Part shown: positions 53,995 through 62,504 of the stretch, in pieces
How the letters are laid out: each line of letters starts with the position of its first letter
Numbering within the stretch: the stretch's first letter is position 1
IMG/VR virus record: IMGVR_UViG_3300010373_000039
Location: 33,456 to 97,455 of that record
Length of the DNA: 64,000 nt
DNA from: a virus
Strand: one strand, 5' to 3'
The notes under the pieces: model-generated
The model's database searches: none
What the model saw: the letters and a program-made list of their open reading frames with translations, nothing else
What the model was told of the DNA's origin: nothing
Program-made: the position numbers and the translations under genes

Positions 53995-54273
53995 ATGCGA
54001 TTTGACCAAACCCACGCGATTGTCAAACGACTCGAGGACCACCGGATAACCGGCGAACCATTCCAATGTTCCGGCCCGGTCGGTTGCGATGATTTCGCCA
54101 TTTCCTGCAAAATCGGTGAAAAGGTTTATCATTACGCCGATGAAGAAATGGTAATGGTTTATCCATCGACCAGGGCCGAGGAAAATGGTGGCCCGTTCAC
54201 GACTATCGACAAGGGCGAATTTTGGCAAAGGGTTTTGGACAATTTTTACGGTCCCCGGCCGGCAAGAGCATGA
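53995..54273 (+). CDS. Hypothetical protein
   Basis: RBS AGGAG. Confidence 0.55.
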   Translation: MRFDQTHAIVKRLEDHRITGEPFQCSGPVGCDDFAISCKIGEKVYHYADEEMVMVYPSTRAEENGGPFTTIDKGEFWQRVLDNFYGPRPARA

Positions 54274-54497
54274 ACCCAAAGATTCTACAACGGATCGCGC
54301 AATCGATTGAATCGGACGCGGCCGACACCACCCGCTACCAAGCGGAATTGGTGGCCAACTACACGCCCGGAACCGTGGAGAATTGGCAGGGGATTTTGCA
54401 ACGGGTGGCGACCCTTGACCGCCAATGGCGGGAGGCGCGGGAACGCCAGGATCGTCGATTCAATCGCCGACGGCGTATAAATAGGGTGGCAAAATGA
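54270..54497 (+). CDS. Hypothetical protein, Arg-rich end
   Basis: ATGA-coupled. Confidence 0.5.
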   Translation: MNPKILQRIAQSIESDAADTTRYQAELVANYTPGTVENWQGILQRVATLDRQWREARERQDRRFNRRRRINRVAK

Positions 54498-54682
54498 TTA
54501 TCGAATTGATCGCAATCTCGTTCATTTGGCATGAATCCTTCTCCCAGCGGGGATGGATTCAAATCCCTATCCCGGTCTACCGCGCCGGCGGTATGATCCC
54601 ACAAACAATTGCCCGGCCCATCACACAACCCGGCCGGAGGAAGGATGGTGTTAAGCGGACCCGCCCCATGGCCGTAGGTTGA
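54494..54682 (+). CDS. Small hypothetical protein
   Basis: ATGA-coupled; preceded by GCGTATAAATAGG. Confidence 0.4.
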   Translation: MIIELIAISFIWHESFSQRGWIQIPIPVYRAGGMIPQTIARPITQPGRRKDGVKRTRPMAVG

Positions 54683-54790
54683 CCGATAGCACATCCCTAT
54701 AAAAGATGGATTGGCCTAAAGAGAATAATGACGGCAAGGATAGACGGCTCTATCCTTGCCGTCGTTCATTTGGTGTATAATGTAGTTATC

Positions 54791-56713
54791 ATGCGATTGA
54801 TCCGCGTAACGCTTGCCTATTTCCGTTCGTTCCGAAAACCACAGACATTTTACTTCGGTCGTCGTCCCGGGTTGTATCTATTGCTTGGCGACAACCAAAC
54901 CAACAAACGGTTGGGCGGGAACGCGGCCGGCAAATCCACATTGTTAGACGCCATATCGTGGTGTCTCTACGACAAAACCCTCCGTGGCCTCCGCGCCGGC
55001 GACATCGCCAATTGGCACGGCGAGGGAATGCCCACGGTGGACGTTGAAATAGAAAACGACGGACGCTATATTGTTTCGCGAACGTGGAACCCCAATTCAT
55101 TGACGGTCACGCACCGCGATAAAACGCGAACGATGACGCAAGCGGAATTGGAGAAATGGTTGGGCATCAACCACCCCACGTTTTCCGCCACGGTCCTTCT
55201 TGGACAATTCAACCGGTTATTCCTTGATTTGTCCCCGGCCGAAAAATTGGCCGCGTTCGCCCATACGTTGGGGTTGGACCAATGGGACCGGGCGGCGGAT
55301 GTTGCGAAAAAACGGGCGACAACGGTTGCCCAAACGATTGCGGAACATGATCGGCGGATGGCGCGGATCGGTGGTAAAATTGCCGCGACGTTAGCCGAAC
55401 GTAAAGAGCTTAAGAAATTAGCGACGGCATGGGATCGAAAGCTTAGTGGTCGTTTACTCGATCTTAAATCCCAGCTAAAATCGGCCAAACGCCGACGAAG
55501 GTTGGCCAATGCCAAATGGATCGAAACGCAGCAATCGGCGGATCACATCGACGCGACATTGGAGAGTTTGTCCGGCGAAATCCGCAAATTCGACAAATTG
55601 CACTCGGATCAATCGAAGATAGTCAACCGGTTGACCGGGGAACATGACACGGCCGTTAGACGGTTGGCCAATGCCAATAAGCAATTAGGGCTTCTTGAAA
55701 CGGCCAAAGCGCAATGCCCGACGTGCGGTCAACCGATCAACCCGGAGCATTTGCAACGGGAATTGAAGGGAACCCGGGCGGCGATCCAATCATTGAAGGC
55801 GGCGGAAATCCACGCCCATGAAATGTTGGCCATGGGCAAGGAGTTGTTGGGTAAATATGCCAAGCGATTGTCGGGCATGTTGGACGCCAACCAACAACTA
55901 TCCGCGTCCCGAACCATGGCCGAACGCATTTGCGGGGGCGCTAAACGGGATTACGACCGGGCACGCGACAAAATGTCGGACCTATCCCGTAGGATCGACG
56001 AAGGCACCGAAAACCCCCACCGACACCAAGTCATACGCCTTAATCGATCCTTGGCCCGTCTGCGTTCGACCCGTGACCGACTAGCCGAAACCCGTGGCAC
56101 CTATGACGCCGATCTACGGACGGCCGAATTTTGGCACCGGGAATTTAAGGCGTTGCGGTTGTGGTTGATCGAATCCTCACTTCGTCAATTGACCATTGAG
56201 ACCAACAATAGCCTAATCAATCTTGGGTTGCGTGGATGGCGGATCGAGTATGATGTTGAGCGCGTCACCAAATCCGGAACGCTAACCCGGGGATTTACCG
56301 CCCACGTGTTTGCGCCGCACCACAAGAACCCCGTGAAATTGGAGGCATGGTGCGGCGGTGAATTCCAACGCTTGAAACTCGCGGCCGCAATCGGCACCGC
56401 CGCATTCCACCGCGCCCGGACCGGTGTAGACATGGGCGTGGAAATGTGGGATGAGCCCACGCAACACCTTAGCCGGTCGGGCGTGATGGATTTAATGGAC
56501 CACTTCGCCGATCGCGCCCGTGATGAAAACCGTGAGATTTGGATCGTGGACCATCGCGCCCCGGCCGCCGGGTCGTTCGTCGATACCGTCACGGTCCGCA
56601 AGCGCAAGGATCAATCCCAAATCATCGGCGGCCGGATGCATTATGGCAACGCCACCGGGTTTTCACGTGATAGCCGATCCAAATGGCAACGGCGTTTGAA
56701 ACGGTCTACCTAG
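54791..56713 (+). CDS. sbcC: SbcC/Rad50-like SMC ATPase
   Basis: FRSF, GNAAGKST (Walker A), Q-loop LGQ, CPTCGQ zinc hook, coiled coils, CGGE signature, WDEP, VDH. Confidence 0.92.
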   Translation: MRLIRVTLAYFRSFRKPQTFYFGRRPGLYLLLGDNQTNKRLGGNAAGKSTLLDAISWCLYDKTLRGLRAGDIANWHGEGMPTVDVEIENDGRYIVSRTWNPNSLTVTHRDKTRTMTQAELEKWLGINHPTFSATVLLGQFNRLFLDLSPAEKLAAFAHTLGLDQWDRAADVAKKRATTVAQTIAEHDRRMARIGGKIAATLAERKELKKLATAWDRKLSGRLLDLKSQLKSAKRRRRLANAKWIETQQSADHIDATLESLSGEIRKFDKLHSDQSKIVNRLTGEHDTAVRRLANANKQLGLLETAKAQCPTCGQPINPEHLQRELKGTRAAIQSLKAAEIHAHEMLAMGKELLGKYAKRLSGMLDANQQLSASRTMAERICGGAKRDYDRARDKMSDLSRRIDEGTENPHRHQVIRLNRSLARLRSTRDRLAETRGTYDADLRTAEFWHREFKALRLWLIESSLRQLTIETNNSLINLGLRGWRIEYDVERVTKSGTLTRGFTAHVFAPHHKNPVKLEAWCGGEFQRLKLAAAIGTAAFHRARTGVDMGVEMWDEPTQHLSRSGVMDLMDHFADRARDENREIWIVDHRAPAAGSFVDTVTVRKRKDQSQIIGGRMHYGNATGFSRDSRSKWQRRLKRST

Positions 56714-57425
56714 ATTGATCCTCGGCGAATTTGACGCCGGCCAAGAATCCCATGATGTATTGGTTGATTTTGTGCAACGATTCGGGTGAACCCTTGATCG
56801 TCACATCCCAAAGATTATTTTCGGGGTTGCGGCGTGATTCAACGGTGATGTCGTTGTATTGGTTGATCCAACCGCTATAGGTGATTTCCTTGGCCAGCGG
56901 GGCGTTCATTTGATAGCCAAGTTGTGCGTCCGGTGTTGGCGTGATATCCGCCGGCGTTTCCACGATATTCCACGTGTCCGACTCCACGTCATAAACCGCC
57001 GTGGTCCGGATGCACCGGACGTAAATGGCCACGTTACCGATGGGATACTCGTTATTATCGATAAGAACGGCGTTGTCGTGGTGGTTGTGATCCACCAACC
57101 ATTTCTGCGCTCGCTTGTAGTCGGGAAAGAATTTTGGTGCGGTGGTCAATGATTCGGGCGGATTATCCCCTAGAACATCGGCCGTGTGACCAATGAAATA
57201 TTCCCTGTCGGCCGAAACATGCCGAAGCGTTTTGGTGTGAAAGGCCAGACCGGTCGGGTGTGATGGATAAACGACCCACCACCTACCCTTGGCCGCGCTA
57301 TACGACACCACCCCGATTTCGGCCAGGGTTTTGTTGATGCCCCTAATAAGCCGGTGTTGCTCCTTTATGTCGATCATGCATTCGGATTTGACGGCGACAC
57401 AATCCCCGGGTTTGAAAGCAGGCAT
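56706..57425 (-). CDS. Hypothetical protein, paralog of 57478-58158
   Basis: RBS AGGAGG; YPSHPTG. Confidence 0.65.
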   Translation of the reverse strand: MPAFKPGDCVAVKSECMIDIKEQHRLIRGINKTLAEIGVVSYSAAKGRWWVVYPSHPTGLAFHTKTLRHVSADREYFIGHTADVLGDNPPESLTTAPKFFPDYKRAQKWLVDHNHHDNAVLIDNNEYPIGNVAIYVRCIRTTAVYDVESDTWNIVETPADITPTPDAQLGYQMNAPLAKEITYSGWINQYNDITVESRRNPENNLWDVTIKGSPESLHKINQYIMGFLAGVKFAEDQSR

Positions 57426-57477
57426 GTGGTCCTCCTAGTGTGTTTTGGCGTGATGTAAAATCGTTCGCGTGATTCCC

Positions 57478-58158
57478 TTAGTTGGTCAATTCATCCAGCG
57501 CATCGCGGCCGATCCGCAAACCGTGTTGCAACCCCTCGACGAAACTTTTGATGGATCGGATATCCTCCTCCGTTCCCCGGAAAACAACCTCCGTAACCGG
57601 TTTGCCGGTATTGGGTCCGGCGGTTGGCGTGATTTTCCGGTAGGTTACGTTGTGTAATTCCAGCATGTAGTCCAAAACGCAACGCCATACCCTTTCATGC
57701 GCGAATTGAAGGGTGATGTTGTGGGACGTGTCGGCCGGTTTTGCCGGCGGTTCAACGGCGTGTATTTCCCACGTGTTACCGGTCCAACGGGCGAAATGAT
57801 CCTGCCCCAAATCAAGGAAAATTCGCACGTTGTCCGGGTGTTGTGTAATGTCGCCCGGAAAATGAAGCAACCCATCATCGTCGCTGCCGGCCTCGCTAAT
57901 GCCCATTTGCGCATCGGCTAACGATTCATAAACCAATCCGTCAAGGGGTTTTGGCACCCGTTCCGGCCAAGTGCCGATAATGATTTTGGTCCGTTCGGTT
58001 TCCAGGTATTGCTCCGATACCCAAACCCCGCACGGGTGTGAGGGGAAACGAACCAGTAGGCCGGTTCCGATTCGATCCACCATCACACCCGATTCATATT
58101 TCATCGGCGCGGATGTCATTTCTCGGCGGAAGGCCGGTTTTACATGAACGACAAACAT
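57478..58158 (-). CDS. Hypothetical protein, paralog of 56706-57425
   Basis: RBS GGAGG; FPSHPCG. Confidence 0.65.
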   Translation of the reverse strand: MFVVHVKPAFRREMTSAPMKYESGVMVDRIGTGLLVRFPSHPCGVWVSEQYLETERTKIIIGTWPERVPKPLDGLVYESLADAQMGISEAGSDDDGLLHFPGDITQHPDNVRIFLDLGQDHFARWTGNTWEIHAVEPPAKPADTSHNITLQFAHERVWRCVLDYMLELHNVTYRKITPTAGPNTGKPVTEVVFRGTEEDIRSIKSFVEGLQHGLRIGRDALDELTN

Positions 58159-58228
58159 GATTTTGTCCTCCGATTAGAATTATACCGGATGCACGGGCGC
58201 GAACCGTGCAAAAGCGCTGATGATCCGG

Positions 58229-58408
58229 TTAGAACCGTTCCCCATTGGCCCGTTTCCATAGCGTGAAGGATACGCTATCGACCACTATGCGGGGTTGCCC
58301 GGGCAACAACCGCCCTACGTATTCCTTCCAACCGTCCAAATCGGCCGGCGGATCGTCGGGCATCGTGATATGATCCGCAATCGTGTCGATTTCATCGAGA
58401 TCAAGCAT
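58229..58408 (-). CDS. Small hypothetical protein (59 aa, below cutoff)
   Basis: MLDLDEIDTIADH..; fills the gap. Confidence 0.45.
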   Translation of the reverse strand: MLDLDEIDTIADHITMPDDPPADLDGWKEYVGRLLPGQPRIVVDSVSFTLWKRANGERF

Positions 58409-58424
58409 GGATTAAACCCCTTAG

Positions 58425-58826
58425 TCACTTATACGGATTCCACCGCTCGCCGGTCCATCGGTATAGCCTGTCGCCAGCAATCATTTTCTTGCTGGCCTCT
58501 TTAACTGTCTTGTGAGCTGCCGCAACTTCAACCGTTCCGTCTGGCAACGTGCGGACGGATGCGAAGTCAAATATCGGATTGCCCGCATCCTTCAACGCTG
58601 CTAAATCCCCTACCCGGTTAAGACGTTCGCATTCCTGTTGTGCTTCATTTTCCGTGTGGAAGAACATTTCGGCATACCATCCAAAATGTTGGCCGATGCT
58701 GTTGGTGTACCAGACCAACCCAAAATCCACGCGGTCGAAAACAACCGGGCGCGGGTAGTATTGAAGATCCTCGTTTACGTCGAGGTGCCAAATCGTTGCG
58801 CCGACCTTGGGAAGTGGTTGAAGCAT
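58425..58826 (-). CDS. Hypothetical protein
   Basis: RBS AAGGTG. Confidence 0.55.
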   Translation of the reverse strand: MLQPLPKVGATIWHLDVNEDLQYYPRPVVFDRVDFGLVWYTNSIGQHFGWYAEMFFHTENEAQQECERLNRVGDLAALKDAGNPIFDFASVRTLPDGTVEVAAAHKTVKEASKKMIAGDRLYRWTGERWNPYK

Positions 58827-58837
58827 AAATCACCTTC

Positions 58838-59194
58838 CTATCGTTCGAAGCGGTCGTGAAATTGAACGGCCGTTCCGCGCACCCCGCCTAATTCGGCTAC
58901 CCGGTCGTGATAGCGCGAATCGCTGCTATTGATAAACGTTCCGCCGAACATGCGTACCCCGCCCGGCCGTGATTGCACCCACGTTGCCGTAGCCGTATCC
59001 AATTCGGCCGGCACCGCAATGACGTGATCGCGTGAACCGGGGCCGTTAATCAACATCACGGCCGGCGCGTCTTCACGGGGCATGAAGGGGCCGTCGCAAT
59101 TGACAAGGGTAACGGTGTCGAAACGACCGCTAATCCCACCGCCGGAACAATCGCCCAAAACCGCGCTTTTGAATATTTCCGCACGCAATCCCAT
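58838..59194 (-). CDS. Conserved phage hypothetical protein
   Basis: DCS.GGIS, MFGG.F..SSDSR, HDR.E motifs. Confidence 0.75.
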   Translation of the reverse strand: MGLRAEIFKSAVLGDCSGGGISGRFDTVTLVNCDGPFMPREDAPAVMLINGPGSRDHVIAVPAELDTATATWVQSRPGGVRMFGGTFINSSDSRYHDRVAELGGVRGTAVQFHDRFER

Positions 59195-59284
59195 TGGGTA
59201 ATTCCTCCAAATCGGGAATGAAAATCAACGCAATCCATTGTTGACAAACCACCGCCAAAACGCAAGGAAATTCCTGCAAAAATT

Positions 59285-59608
59285 CTAACCCATGTTCCGA
59301 TGGAACCGGTTGTAAAGCGCCGATGCTACCTCGCCATAGTCAACGGACATCAACGATTCCCGCAGGATCATGCCATATAACGTGCCGTCGTCGCGTAACG
59401 GGTTGTGGGTATTGACGTATCGCGGCAACCAATCAATCAATTTGGCCACCACCACATCACGCGGTTCGGCATCGATCGGCCGCAGAAATGCCGTGATGGA
59501 ACCGATTGCGTTCGGATCATTGGCAAACCACCACACAACGCGCCACGTGGCGCGATTGGCGAAGGCGTTGCTATCGGCATTGGGTGCCGGAAATTTAATC
59601 TTGGCCAT
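59285..59608 (-). CDS. Hypothetical phage protein
   Basis: N.ATW.V.WW..ND and VDY.EVA motifs; RBS GGAGGT. Confidence 0.65.
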   Translation of the reverse strand: MAKIKFPAPNADSNAFANRATWRVVWWFANDPNAIGSITAFLRPIDAEPRDVVVAKLIDWLPRYVNTHNPLRDDGTLYGMILRESLMSVDYGEVASALYNRFHRNMG

Positions 59609-59691
59609 GGTAAACACCTCCAAAATGGGTAACCGTCGATGCCCGGTAACGATCCGGGCAACACGTGATGAAATATCGACGGAAAACGGCG

Positions 59692-60153
59692 TTAGGCCGA
59701 CAACCGATGACCGCATTTGTCACAGAACCGGTTGCGCAGCGCGTCCTTCATCACGGCCAATGTGTTTGAAATGATGTCGGGCACGTAGGGATTTTCAAAC
59801 GGATCGGATGCATCGCGGTAGCCTGCGGTGTTGCCGATACTATCGGCCGTGATCCACGGTGAATCATCGTCCAATCGGTATTGACCCGACACCACATAAA
59901 CACCAAGGTTTTCCATCCGTTCGATGTGTTCGCGCTTGGATCGTTCGGATAGGTGATCCCACGTATCCAAATAGGAAAAATCCGGATCGGTTTCCGGTGT
60001 TAACACGATCCGGACCAAACCACGTGATTTCAAATGGTTCCATCGATCCATTTCGCGGGCAACCACAAGGGAACCAATCGCCGACGCGCCGGCAAAACCA
60101 ACAATCCCGGCCGATCGAACGCGACGATATAATCTTCGCAATGAATTGGTCAT
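59692..60153 (-). CDS. Hypothetical phage protein
   Basis: W..ADSIG motif. Confidence 0.6.
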   Translation of the reverse strand: MTNSLRRLYRRVRSAGIVGFAGASAIGSLVVAREMDRWNHLKSRGLVRIVLTPETDPDFSYLDTWDHLSERSKREHIERMENLGVYVVSGQYRLDDDSPWITADSIGNTAGYRDASDPFENPYVPDIISNTLAVMKDALRNRFCDKCGHRLSA

Positions 60154-60200
60154 AATAGCACCATCGTGATAATTAACGCCCCCACGTGAAGGAAAACTAG

Positions 60201-60626
60201 CTATTGCCGGTCGTTATCATCCGGGTATCCATCCACCCATTTTGTCATGGAACGCCGATCCAACCAATTGTAGAGAAATTTCGGAACGCGCCCACCAAAA
60301 CCAATGCCACCAATGTAGAACGTCCATTCGGGCAACGGTGAATGAACGCCCGTGGTATCCAAACGGAAAAAATGGCCGTATCGCCCGCGAACAAAACCAA
60401 TGTGGAAATCGAAAAGGCCACGGAAAAAACGCAACGGGGAAAACCGCCCGAATAGCCGGGATCGGCATGGAAAACAAAACAATTCAAAACCACACCCGTA
60501 GCCGGGCGAAACAAAACGCCCTAGATAGTTGCACCGGCCAATAAAAACACCGAATGAAACCGGTAAACCATCCAAACGGTAAAAACGTTGTCGCCATGAA
60601 TGGCGTTTGTAGATCGTGATGGGCAT
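60201..60626 (-). CDS. Aromatic-rich hypothetical protein
   Basis: Open frame, RBS AAGG. Confidence 0.45.
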   Translation of the reverse strand: MPITIYKRHSWRQRFYRLDGLPVSFGVFIGRCNYLGRFVSPGYGCGFELFCFPCRSRLFGRFSPLRFFRGLFDFHIGFVRGRYGHFFRLDTTGVHSPLPEWTFYIGGIGFGGRVPKFLYNWLDRRSMTKWVDGYPDDNDRQ

Positions 60627-60770
60627 AGGAAACACCTTCGCATGTGGAAAACCGATTCATGTGGTGGAAATACAAAACGATGGGAAAAACTTCCAAAAAA
60701 TGAACCATTAAATCCGGAAAACAAAACAGGGTGTCAATAACACCTCTCTGCGTGAAGCTTTTAATATAAG

Positions 60771-61034
60771 CTATTTACGTGAAGCTTCCGGTGTTGACGC
60801 CTCCAATTTGCCGGCCAGGTACGCGTACAATTGGCGTGATGGAAGCACATTGCCGATGCCCGACCCCGTGACGTATTCCGCACCACCACCTTCGGTTGTT
60901 TTCATCAACGCGAACCCACGCCCGGTGTGGCGTTGCAAAAAACAATGCCCGGGTGTGGTGGGTTGAAGGGTTTGTTGGCGTTCGTTCAACCGATCCACCA
61001 ACCGTTGAACGTCGTTTCGCAAGATGCGCTGCAT
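60771..61034 (-). CDS. Early hypothetical protein
   Basis: Leader CGATAGGAG. Confidence 0.6.
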   Translation of the reverse strand: MQRILRNDVQRLVDRLNERQQTLQPTTPGHCFLQRHTGRGFALMKTTEGGGAEYVTGSGIGNVLPSRQLYAYLAGKLEASTPEASRK

Positions 61035-61108
61035 GGCAAATCTCCTATCGTTTGGCGTGAAGATTTAGTATGACGCGTTCGGCGTGATTGTCAACACAAT
61101 TCTGCGAA

Positions 61109-61483
61109 TTAAATGTACAATTTACCATCGTCGCCGACGTACAAATTGCATTCGCCGAATTGCTCCGAAGCTTCGGTCAATTTCTTGCCGATGTCCGCAT
61201 GTTCCGGATCGTTGACGCCGTACCGGTCCCAAAACCCGGACCCGTGGCCATTGCGCGTCAACCAAAAATCGTGACCGTGATCGCGCGGCGTGAATCCGAA
61301 TTGTTTTAGCAATTCGGCGTTGTCGCGCTGGAATTTGGTGCAATCGTCGATGATCCGGACCAACGCATCGGCGTGAAGATCATCGGGCGCGTAGTGATCC
61401 TCCAACGGCGCATCATTGCTATCGTTCGATATCCACAACGCGCATTCGATGTAGCCGGCCGTGAATTGATCCAATTTGGGCAT
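61109..61483 (-). CDS. Conserved phage protein (GHDFWLTRNGHG.GFWDR family)
   Basis: YIECALW, GHDFWLTRNGHGSGFWDR, YVGDDG. Confidence 0.8.
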   Translation of the reverse strand: MPKLDQFTAGYIECALWISNDSNDAPLEDHYAPDDLHADALVRIIDDCTKFQRDNAELLKQFGFTPRDHGHDFWLTRNGHGSGFWDRYGVNDPEHADIGKKLTEASEQFGECNLYVGDDGKLYI

Positions 61484-61581
61484 AAATCACCTATCGGCGT
61501 GAAGCTTTGGCGTGATGGTCCGCGCGTCGCGGACCATCGAAGCGCCGGCGCAACCGTTAGGCTACGCGCGGCGTGATGGTT

Positions 61582-61983
61582 TTACGATTCAATACACGTT
61601 TGGTTGATATCATCCATGGCCATATGTTCGGCCGGTGTGATGATCCGTTGCCCATGCGCATCGGTTTTGAGCGCGGGATTAGACGGGCCGACGATGCCCG
61701 ATTTGGTGTTATCGATGTGCAACGTTGCGCCGCATAGGTTGCGTGATCGGCGTAGCCATTCACATAGCACGTGGAACGATGCGAATAGGTGGCTACACGT
61801 GTAGCCACCATCAAAATAGACAATCAATTGCCCGTTGCCGTCCGGATCGTCCGGCGATGTGTTGATCCGGTGAATCGAAACCAAATGGACGTTGTGGTTT
61901 GATGCGAATTCGACCAAACCGCGAAGGTTTTTGGATTGCCGCACGACCGCGCCGGTGGCGTCGATGATTTTGACACGTTCCAT
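61582..61983 (-). CDS. Early hypothetical protein
   Basis: SKNLRG, FASF.VL..W...R motifs; CGATAGG leader. Confidence 0.65.
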   Translation of the reverse strand: MERVKIIDATGAVVRQSKNLRGLVEFASNHNVHLVSIHRINTSPDDPDGNGQLIVYFDGGYTCSHLFASFHVLCEWLRRSRNLCGATLHIDNTKSGIVGPSNPALKTDAHGQRIITPAEHMAMDDINQTCIES

Positions 61984-62008
61984 GTTTCCATCCTATCGGA
62001 TCGATGCC

Positions 62009-62467
62009 CTATTGCATCGATGGTATTTTGCCGGTGATGATGTGATGTTGAAGCTTGCGGATGATCGCCCGCACATCGGCCCGGGCACGATCATTGTTGA
62101 TGTGTTGCAATAGATCGGTCAGCGCGTTGAGCGCTTCATCGCAACCGATTTCATGCAACGCGTTGATCGATGCGCCGGCCGTGTGGCTAAACACGTTGAT
62201 GGCGGTGGAAATCCACGCCATATCATCGGGCGACAAATTGAGCGCCGCCACATCCACCAACCGCCGCGCCGGTTTGCCGTCGATGTGGTCGATGATCGAT
62301 TGGATGATTGGTGCATATTCAACCGATTGTGTGGGGATGAATTCTACCAGCGCGCGGCGGATGAATTCCGGTTTGATTGCGCCTAGATCGGGATTGCCCA
62401 ACCGGGTTCCCAGCGCATGCGCGATCGCATCGAAAACCATCGGCCGTTGTGTGTCGCTAAATCGCAT
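62009..62467 (-). CDS. Early hypothetical protein
   Basis: Duplicated CGATAGG leader. Confidence 0.6.
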   Translation of the reverse strand: MRFSDTQRPMVFDAIAHALGTRLGNPDLGAIKPEFIRRALVEFIPTQSVEYAPIIQSIIDHIDGKPARRLVDVAALNLSPDDMAWISTAINVFSHTAGASINALHEIGCDEALNALTDLLQHINNDRARADVRAIIRKLQHHIITGKIPSMQ

Positions 62468-62504
62468 TTGGGTTCCTATCGTTTTTGGGTTCCTATCGTT
62501 TTTG
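62468..62504. repeat. Tandem duplication TTGGGTTCCTATCGTTT x2
   Basis: Direct 17-bp tandem repeat containing the leader motif. Confidence 0.8.
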
